Part shown: positions 8,425-16,107 of the stretch, piece after piece | How positions within the stretch are numbered: position 1 is the stretch's first letter | Layout: each line of letters starts with the position of its first letter | Origin: a bacterium | GTDB lineage: Bacteria > Methylomirabilota > Methylomirabilia > CAVQYV01 | Direction: 5' to 3' | NCBI GenBank assembly: GCA_043800755.1 | Contig: JAZDMQ010000089.1 | Coordinates: 1 to 16,107 of the forward strand | Length of the DNA stretch: 16,107 nucleotides | The notes under the pieces: generated by a model | Told to the model about the DNA's origin: nothing | Seen by the model: the letters and a program-made list of their open reading frames with translations, nothing else | Database searches by the model: none | Translations under genes and position numbers: made by a program

Positions 8425-10920
8425 CTACAGCCAATTCTTGATCTTTTCCCGAAATTGGCAAACCAAAGCCTCGGCGCGCGGTCTCTGATCCCCTTCCGCC
8501 GTAATATGAAAGAAGGGCTTATCCTGATCAGGGTAAAGGAGCACCCAATCCTTTCCGAAATAGACCTTGATGCCGTCTATCAACTCTACATTCTCCGTCT
8601 TCGTCTCCTCGATCAGATTACGCATCATAGTTCCCTTGGATTCCCAGGGGCAGGGGATTTGGTCGCGGAGGAGAAAGCGCTCCGGGACCGAGCGAATCAA
8701 CTGGTGGAGCCGTAGCTCCTGAGAGGCCATCATCTCGAGGATCTTCAGGGTCGCCGTCATACCATCGAAGGCCGGCTGGAATTGGGGGAAGATGAAGCCT
8801 CCGAAGGCGTCGCCCACAAAAACCACACCTTCCCGGGCGGCAGCCTCCATGAGGGATCGAGATGAGGTCTTGGTGCGAATCACCTGAAACCCGTAACGCG
8901 TCGCCAGATCCTCTATGACGCTGGAGGCGACCACTGGGACTCCAATGATGCCAGGGGGATGGGTGCGGAGCACCAAAAGGGTGATCAGAGCGAGAGCCAG
9001 GTCATCCGAAAGGATATCCCCCTTGTCATCGACCAGGAAGATTTTTTCAGCCCCGGTGTCCAGCATGATCCCCAAGTCGGCGTTCAGGGTGCGCACGATC
9101 TCCGCCAGTTGCCGGAGGGAACGGCGAAACTCCTCGGCGGTCTTCGTCACTTTCGTCTCGTCCATATAGGCGTTCAGGGCAATGACCTCACACCCCAGAT
9201 CTCCCAACAAGGAGGGGAAGATGGTAGACGAACTCCCGTAGGAATAATCCATGACGATCTTCAGGTGGGCCTCGCGAACCACCTTGGGGTTGACGAAACT
9301 CATCGCCCCTTCCTGGTAATATTCAATCCCGTGCTCCAGGATCGAGAGCCTGCCAGTTTCTTCCATCTTAGCCCTGCGAAAGTCCTCCCGGAAAAAAAGC
9401 CGCTCGATGGTCCTCTCCTTCGCCGAAGAGATGTCCATTCCCCGCTCATCAAAGAACTTGATGTCAATGAGTTCCGGATCATAGGGCGATTTGCGGACGT
9501 GCACGCCGCTCACCGCTCCCTGGGCGTCCATTTGATAACGAACCACGGGAATCGGGATGATCCGGAGGTCGTGAACATTAACCCCGGCGGAGAGTAAGCC
9601 CGAGATGATGGCCCGATTGACCATCCGGGAAGTCTTGTGGGAATCGCGACTGGTACGGACAATGGCATTCTCCCGAAGAGAGGCACCAAAACAGGCCCCT
9701 AACTTAGCAGCGAACTCTGGGGTGACCTCAATATTGCCCAGGCCCGTGACCCCCTGCCCCCCGAAGACGGACTTGCTCCATCTCTCTCCCCAGATGAGCG
9801 AGGTCGCCAGGGTTGCCCCGTCCTCCACCACCTTATAAGGCCAGACCTTCACATTGGCTTTGAGGACAGATCCCTCGCCGATTTTACAATGATCGCTCAC
9901 CAAGGCCCCCTCAAAAAGGGAAGCGAATGCCTTGATCTCGCTGCCCTTGCCGACCACATTCTCCCGCAGAGAGGCGCCCTTGCCGACATAAACCCCATTC
10001 CAGATAATCGAATCGGCAATGGAGGCGCCTGCTTCAATAACGCAATCGTCCCCTATGACCGAGTTGACGATCCTGGCTTCTGGGCCCACCTGGGAGCCTT
10101 TTCCAATCAAGACGGAGCCCTCAAGGGCTGCGGTAAAATCAACCCGGCAGTCTTGATCCAACCAGATCTCCCGGTCGGGCCCCTCCAGCCTTCTCCCGGG
10201 GAACTTCACCTTTACCTTTCCGGAGAGAATATCGCGATGGGCGATTCGGTATTCCAAGAGGTCCCCAATATCCCTCCAATAGCCAGAGGCGGTGTATCCA
10301 TAAAGGGGCACCCCTTCCTGCAGGAGGCGAGGGAAGAGGTCTTGGCTGAAGTCAAACTCCCTGCGGGCGGGGATGTACCCGAGGACCTCGGGCTCGAGGA
10401 TGTAGATCCCGGTATTGATCGTGTCAGAGAAGACCTCACTCCAATTCGGCTTCTCCAAGAACTTCCGGATGCGGCCTTCTTCGTCGACGATGACGACACC
10501 ATATCGGAGGGGGTCTTGGACTCGCGTGAGGACAATCGTGGCCATGGATTTTTGGGCACGATGAAAGGAGATGGCCTCCTTGAGGTCAAAGTCCGTGAGC
10601 ACATCCCCACTGATGATGAGGAAGGTGGAGTTCAACCGATCCGCTGCCCCTTTGACGGATCCCGCGGTTCCCCAATCCTCTTCCGCTGAGAGGTAAGAGA
10701 TATTTACCCCGAACTCCTCGCCTCCCCGAAAATACTCCTCAATGGCCTCAGGTTGAAAGTAGAGCAGGGCGACCAGCTCCGTGATCCCGTTGGCCCTCAG
10801 CAGTTCAACGATATGCTCCATCACTGGCTTGTTGGCCATGGGAATCATGGGCTTGGGGATGTTATTGGTGAGAGGCCGGAGTCGAGTACCGAATCCGCCG
10901 GCCATGATCAGGGCTTGCAC
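8425..10920 (-). CDS. Mannose-1-phosphate guanylyltransferase-like fusion: nucleotidyltransferase + left-handed beta-helix + phosphomannomutase-like domain
   Basis: MAGGFGTRLRPLT...PKPM, GTAGS, FLEKP and YWRDIG motifs; hexapeptide repeats; C-terminal PGM/PMM-type fold. GTG start with GAGGAG RBS. Sugar specificity is inferred. Confidence 0.88.
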   Translation of the reverse strand: MQALIMAGGFGTRLRPLTNNIPKPMIPMANKPVMEHIVELLRANGITELVALLYFQPEAIEEYFRGGEEFGVNISYLSAEEDWGTAGSVKGAADRLNSTFLIISGDVLTDFDLKEAISFHRAQKSMATIVLTRVQDPLRYGVVIVDEEGRIRKFLEKPNWSEVFSDTINTGIYILEPEVLGYIPARREFDFSQDLFPRLLQEGVPLYGYTASGYWRDIGDLLEYRIAHRDILSGKVKVKFPGRRLEGPDREIWLDQDCRVDFTAALEGSVLIGKGSQVGPEARIVNSVIGDDCVIEAGASIADSIIWNGVYVGKGASLRENVVGKGSEIKAFASLFEGALVSDHCKIGEGSVLKANVKVWPYKVVEDGATLATSLIWGERWSKSVFGGQGVTGLGNIEVTPEFAAKLGACFGASLRENAIVRTSRDSHKTSRMVNRAIISGLLSAGVNVHDLRIIPIPVVRYQMDAQGAVSGVHVRKSPYDPELIDIKFFDERGMDISSAKERTIERLFFREDFRRAKMEETGRLSILEHGIEYYQEGAMSFVNPKVVREAHLKIVMDYSYGSSSTIFPSLLGDLGCEVIALNAYMDETKVTKTAEEFRRSLRQLAEIVRTLNADLGIMLDTGAEKIFLVDDKGDILSDDLALALITLLVLRTHPPGIIGVPVVASSVIEDLATRYGFQVIRTKTSSRSLMEAAAREGVVFVGDAFGGFIFPQFQPAFDGMTATLKILEMMASQELRLHQLIRSVPERFLLRDQIPCPWESKGTMMRNLIEETKTENVELIDGIKVYFGKDWVLLYPDQDKPFFHITAEGDQRPRAEALVCQFREKIKNWL

Positions 10921-10956
10921 CGGGGCTCCTCCCTCATGAGACTAAATCTTAGGCCT

Positions 10957-10986
10957 AATATAAGGGCTCGATCGCTTGATCGTCAA
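10957..10986 (-). promoter_or_regulatory. Sigma70-type promoter for the leftward operon
   Basis: TTGACG-N18-TATATT on the minus strand; the -10 element ends ~36 nt upstream of the GTG at 10920. Confidence 0.55.
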
Positions 10987-11189
10987 GACCTTTTTGGCTG
11001 ATGGCTGATGGGGGCAGGCTGCGCTCGAAATGGACTGTAAATCGGGCGAAAAGAGGGATGATGTGGGCAAAAAAAGAATTAAGAAACGATAATTGCCAAA
11101 AAACAGAGAAAAACATCAACAATATTCATCCTCAGTGCCAATTTGCCCTTTTCCTGTGCAGGGGAACCCCATTATTCGAAAATCGAATT

Positions 11190-11217
11190 TTGAAATTTGC
11201 GCGAGTTCCGCTATCTT
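11190..11217 (+). promoter_or_regulatory. Probable groESL promoter
   Basis: TTGAAA-N16-TATCTT immediately upstream of the CIRCE element. Confidence 0.55.
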
Positions 11218-11226
11218 AGGGTCAGT

Positions 11227-11253
11227 TTAGCACTCATCGTATGAGAGTGCTAA
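11227..11253 (+). promoter_or_regulatory. CIRCE element (HrcA operator)
   Basis: Perfect TTAGCACTC-N9-GAGTGCTAA upstream of groES. Confidence 0.97.
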
Positions 11254-11421
11254 CAGAGCGATTTAACTTATTGATTCTTATTGATCTTTGGTGTGGAGTA
11301 CCGATGGGGTAAGGAGGTGAAAAAGGAACATCGCATACGCGCTGGCGTGTCGCAGGAAGGCCTTGAGGGGATAGGCCTTGCTGCGCTTGGTTCACAAAAA
11401 TTGTGAGGGAAGGAGCATTCA

Positions 11422-11712
11422 ATGAAGATTCGACCCCTGCAGGATCGCATCTTGGTGAAACGGCTGGAAGAGAAAGAGAGCAAGAAGGGCGGTATTATCA
11501 TCCCGGATACCGCCAAAGAGAAACCGCAGGAGGGAGAGGTCGTTGCCGTGGGCGCCGGAAAGATCGGAGAGGATGGAAAGAGACAGGCGTTGGAGGTCAA
11601 GAAGGGGGATAAGATCCTCTTCGGAAAATATTCCGGCACTGAGGTGAAGATCGAAGACGAGGAATATCTTATCATCCGCGAGGAAGAGGTACTGGGGATT
11701 ATCGAAAAGTAA
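11422..11712 (+). CDS. groES: Co-chaperonin GroES
   Basis: [28 protein letters not shown] and GKYSGTEV motifs; AAGGAG RBS. Confidence 0.99.
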   Translation: MKIRPLQDRILVKRLEEKESKKGGIIIPDTAKEKPQEGEVVAVGAGKIGEDGKRQALEVKKGDKILFGKYSGTEVKIEDEEYLIIREEEVLGIIEK

Positions 11713-11737
11713 TTGTGGATTTAATCTGAATCGATGA

Positions 11738-13378
<1,641 letters not shown>

Positions 13379-13478
13379 AGGATTGGATGAAGGAAAGACC
13401 CTCCTTCGCTTGACTTGACGCAGCCTGTCCTTCGGATTGGCCTTCGACTGAGGGGGGTTTTGGAAACTGATCAGAGTA

Positions 13479-13512
13479 GGGCCCCTTCCCACTTGGGGAG
13501 GGGCCCCTTTTA
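13479..13512 (+). terminator. Intrinsic terminator of groESL
   Basis: 12-bp GC-rich stem GGGCCCCTTCCC-ACTT-GGGGAGGGGCCC (one G.U pair) followed by CTTTTATTCCTTTT. Confidence 0.8.
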
Positions 13513-13525
13513 TTCCTTTTATTCC

Positions 13526-13554
13526 TTGACAAATATGGGGGTTTTTAATAAGAG
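13526..13554 (+). promoter_or_regulatory. Possible sigma70 promoter, perhaps the native hemL promoter
   Basis: Consensus TTGACA at 13526-13531 right after the terminator, followed by an AT-rich tract. The -10 at 17-nt spacing (TAAGAG) is only partial. Confidence 0.4.
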
Positions 13555-13616
13555 AGATTAAACCACTCGCAGATCCCCGCCGTGGGCGGGCAGAACCTTC
13601 CCGTATGACCCATAGT

Positions 13617-13674
13617 CGCGATTCTTGCTGCTGCTCTACGCCGGTGAAGCTGGAAGAGAGCGGCAGGGATTGCG
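13617..13674 (+). other. Long G.U-rich hairpin, core of a candidate structured RNA
   Basis: 16 contiguous pairs 13617-13632/13659-13674 (four G.U), then 13634-13637/13655-13658 and an apical stem 13641-13644/13650-13653. Confidence 0.4.
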
Positions 13675-13746
13675 CCCGCGGTCTATTCCTTCATTCATTA
13701 CGACCTCATATTATGGGTGGTTCGCCTTGGAGTTAGTTTTGGCGTA

Positions 13747-13790
13747 TTAACGCGGCTCTAACGCAGAATAAACTTTAGGCGTGGTAAAAT
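13747..13790 (+). promoter_or_regulatory. pdxS promoter: extended -10 preceded by 11-bp-periodic direct repeats
   Basis: TGGTAAAAT (TGn + TAAAAT) at 13782-13790; TTAACGC (13747), CTAACGC (13758) and degenerate TAAACTT (13769). Confidence 0.5.
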
Positions 13791-13827
13791 CCAATTGGTT
13801 GATATTTTCTTAAAGAAGGAGCAAGAT

Positions 13828-14721
13828 ATGGAAGCGACACCTGTTACCGGTACATTTGCGGTCAAGAAGGGTCTGGCTCAAATGTTGAAGGGCGGCGTGA
13901 TCATGGACGTGGTGACGCCGGAGCATGCCAAAATTGCCGAGGATGCGGGCGCGTGTGCGGTGATGGCGCTGGAGCGCGTGCCGGCGGATATCCGCGCACA
14001 GGGCGGCGTGGCGCGCATGAGCGACCCTGACTTGATTGAGAAAATCATGGCTTCTGTGACCATCCCGGTCATGGCGAAGTGCCGGATCGGGCATTTCGTG
14101 GAAGCGCAAATTCTCGAGGCGATCGGCGTGGACTACATAGACGAATCCGAAGTGCTGACTCCGGCCGATGAGGAACATCACATCCTGAAGCATAATTTCA
14201 AGGTGTCGTTCGTGTGTGGATGCCGCAATCTGGGTGAAGCGCTGCGGCGTATCGGCGAGGGCGCGGCGATGATCCGCACGAAGGGAGAGGCCGGGACCGG
14301 CGATGTGGTCGAGGCAGTCCGTCATGGCCGCACCGTGCTGGGCGAGATCCGCCGGCTGCAGACGATGGCGGATGAGGAGCTGATGCGTTATGCCAAGGAG
14401 ATCGGTGCGCCGTATGAACTGGTCAAGGAGACCAAGGAACTGGGACGCATGCCGGTGGTCAACTTTGCCGCGGGTGGGATTGCGACCCCGGCTGACGCGG
14501 CCCTCATGATGCAGATCGGCGTGGACGGTGTGTTCGTCGGCTCGGGAATTTTCAAGAGCGGCGACCCTGCCAAGCGCGCGGCCGCCATTGTTAAAGCGAC
14601 GACACACTTCAACGATCCTGCGATCCTGGCCGAAGTCAGCCGCAACCTGGGCGAGCCAATGGTCGGGCGGAATATTTCGCAGATGCCGGAAGGCGAGAAG
14701 ATCGCCGGGCGCGGGTGGTGA
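13828..14721 (+). CDS. pdxS: Pyridoxal 5'-phosphate synthase lyase subunit PdxS
   Basis: [57 protein letters not shown] and [11 protein letters not shown] motifs. The ATG at 13828 follows an AAGGAG RBS and is preferred over the TTG at 13795. Confidence 0.98.
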   Translation: MEATPVTGTFAVKKGLAQMLKGGVIMDVVTPEHAKIAEDAGACAVMALERVPADIRAQGGVARMSDPDLIEKIMASVTIPVMAKCRIGHFVEAQILEAIGVDYIDESEVLTPADEEHHILKHNFKVSFVCGCRNLGEALRRIGEGAAMIRTKGEAGTGDVVEAVRHGRTVLGEIRRLQTMADEELMRYAKEIGAPYELVKETKELGRMPVVNFAAGGIATPADAALMMQIGVDGVFVGSGIFKSGDPAKRAAAIVKATTHFNDPAILAEVSRNLGEPMVGRNISQMPEGEKIAGRGW

Positions 14722-14777
14722 TTAGGTTTTCCTGATTTCCTCGTCGCCTGATCCCGAACTACCTTTATTGCACACAC

Positions 14778-15359
14778 ATGATAAGAATTGGTGTCCTTGC
14801 GCTGCAGGGCGACTTCGCCGAACATATCGTGATGCTCAAGCGTCTGGGTGTGACACCTGTCGAAGTGCGTCTGGCAAAGCAGCTTGAGGGTTTGAACGGG
14901 CTGATCATCCCCGGTGGCGAGTCGACGACCATTGGCAAACTCGCGGTGGACTTTGGCTTGATGGAGCCGCTGCGTGCGTTTGGCAAGTCACACGCCGTCT
15001 GGGGCACCTGTGCAGGTGCCATCTTTCTCTCCAAGGATGCCCGCCGCCATCAACCCTTGCTCAGTATTATGGATATCACTGTTGAGCGTAATGCCTTCGG
15101 CCGGCAGGTCGATTCGTTCGAGGCCGACCTCGACATTGAGCCGCTCAAGCAGGCAACCCAAACATCCACGCCGTACCATGCCGTGTTCATCCGCGCGCCG
15201 ATCATCCAGTCGGTCAGCGGCCATGCGAAAATCCTTTCAGCGCTGCCGGATGGCCGCATTGTTGCGGCACAGGAAGGAAAACTGCTGGCGACCTCTTTCC
15301 ACCCGGAACTCACTGAAGACCTTCGTTTTCACGAGTATTTTATTTCGCTCACAAAATAG
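14778..15359 (+). CDS. pdxT: Pyridoxal 5'-phosphate synthase glutaminase subunit PdxT
   Basis: GVLALQG, IIPGGESTT, catalytic GTCAG, RNAFGRQVDSF, VFIRAP and SFHPEL motifs; directly follows pdxS. Confidence 0.98.
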   Translation: MIRIGVLALQGDFAEHIVMLKRLGVTPVEVRLAKQLEGLNGLIIPGGESTTIGKLAVDFGLMEPLRAFGKSHAVWGTCAGAIFLSKDARRHQPLLSIMDITVERNAFGRQVDSFEADLDIEPLKQATQTSTPYHAVFIRAPIIQSVSGHAKILSALPDGRIVAAQEGKLLATSFHPELTEDLRFHEYFISLTK

Positions 15360-15435
15360 AAAATGAACATCAACGGCTGACGAATATTCCTGCCCCTTTT
15401 GAGCGACTGAAAAGATTGCTGCGACAAGAAACAAT

Positions 15436-16038
15436 ATGTCCTCCCATCCCCTCGATCTGCTCGATCTGCCCACGCTCTACCGTTTTCGCGGCGAGGCCGT
15501 CAGCCTGGACTCTGCCCGTCTGCTGACACGCGGCAACCCATTGGGTGCGGCGGGGTTCCTGTCCTATTTCAATCCGGCGCGCCATCTTTACACGGCCATC
15601 AGTCAGGAAAACGGGACGACGTTATTTGGCGGCATCCTGCATACGAACGGGGACTCGTTCGCCAGGCTGGTGTACATCGCACCCGCCGCACAACTGTCTC
15701 ACCCCGGCCTGCCGCTGTTGATTGAGCACCTCACCGCTGAAGCGGGCAAGTGGGGTGCGTTCCACATCCTGGCCGAAGTGAATGAGACCAGCGATGCTTT
15801 CTCTGCCCTGCGCATGGCAGGCTTTGCCGTCTATGCCTGGCAGCGCATGTGGGATGTGAGCCACATCGCCCCTAGCTCCTCTGCCAGCGGATGGATGCGG
15901 GCGCAATCCGCCAACCTGCCTGCCGTGCAATCCCTACACCATGCGTTTTCCCTAACCTTTTTCCAAAAGGAGCGAATTTGGGAGATCGTTCGAGGCAACT
16001 CTTTGAGGAAGCGAAGCGCTATCTTCCCGGGGGAGTAA
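15436..16038 (+). pseudogene. Hypothetical protein (possibly GNAT-fold-like), apparently truncated at ~15942 and running on into unrelated sequence
   Basis: The first ~168 codons look like a real globular protein (HILAEVNE...LRMAGFAVYAWQRMW). The tail [16 protein letters not shown]... reads through a pyrimidine tract, the hemL RBS and 61 nt of hemL in another frame. Family assignment is tentative. Confidence 0.55.
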
Positions 16039-16107
16039 ACAGCCCGGTACGGTCCTTCAGGGCGGTCGGGGGAACTCCCCTCTTTATTGAACGGGGCAAG
16101 GGCTGCA
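15978..16107 (+). CDS. hemL: Glutamate-1-semialdehyde 2,1-aminomutase, 5' fragment running off the right edge
   Basis: Not in the ORF track. TTG at 15978 after AAGGAG (15967-15972) translates as [43 protein letters not shown], with the hallmark PGGVNSPVR. Confidence 0.93.
   Translation, partial: MGDRSRQLFEEAKRYLPGGVNSPVRSFRAVGGTPLFIERGKGC

Larger units (their letters stand above)
13730..15942. other. Foreign-looking block (pdxS-pdxT-truncated gene) between the groESL terminator and hemL; left boundary uncertain within ~13560-13780
   Basis: Codon usage shifts at the block, the last gene appears cut at ~15942, and host-style hemL resumes. No mobility gene or clear target-site duplication. Confidence 0.65.

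Noticed and set aside
10975-10987. Palindrome CTTGA-TCG-TCAAG over the leftward -35 element
   Set aside because: Spacing does not match the FNR/CRP box TTGAT-N4-ATCAA, and 5-bp arms are too short to call.
13630-13665. Possible SRP (4.5S) RNA or cobalamin riboswitch in the long hairpin
   Set aside because: Lacks the CAGG...GNRA...AGCAG domain IV motif on either strand and lacks a B12 box.
13636-13698. 20-codon minus-strand ORF (MNEGIDRGRNPCRSLPASPA) with GAGG upstream
   Set aside because: Too short, with no coding or family signal; the region is better explained by + strand structure.

Overview
Mostly ordinary bacterial core genome, with one compositionally and architecturally foreign block near the right end. 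The minus-strand run, read right to left, is: NDP-sugar pyrophosphorylase/phosphomannomutase fusion, phosphohexomutase, eno, ftsB, a 335-nt structured spacer, dxr, rseP, ispG and proS (runs off the left edge). Divergent from it is a CIRCE-controlled groES-groEL operon with an intrinsic terminator. Next comes a ~2.2-2.4 kb block (pdxS, pdxT and an apparently truncated hypothetical gene) with different codon usage; from memory its proteins resemble Anaerolineae (Chloroflexota) homologs. The block appears to end mid-gene at ~15942, just ahead of the RBS and start of hemL, which runs off the right edge. No integrase, transposase, tRNA, rRNA or CRISPR array is visible, so this is either an unmarked horizontal insertion or a chimeric join. 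Two intergenic segments (5047-5167 and ~13580-13727) fold by hand into long irregular rods and are candidate unannotated RNA elements. I found no convincing novel multi-gene system.
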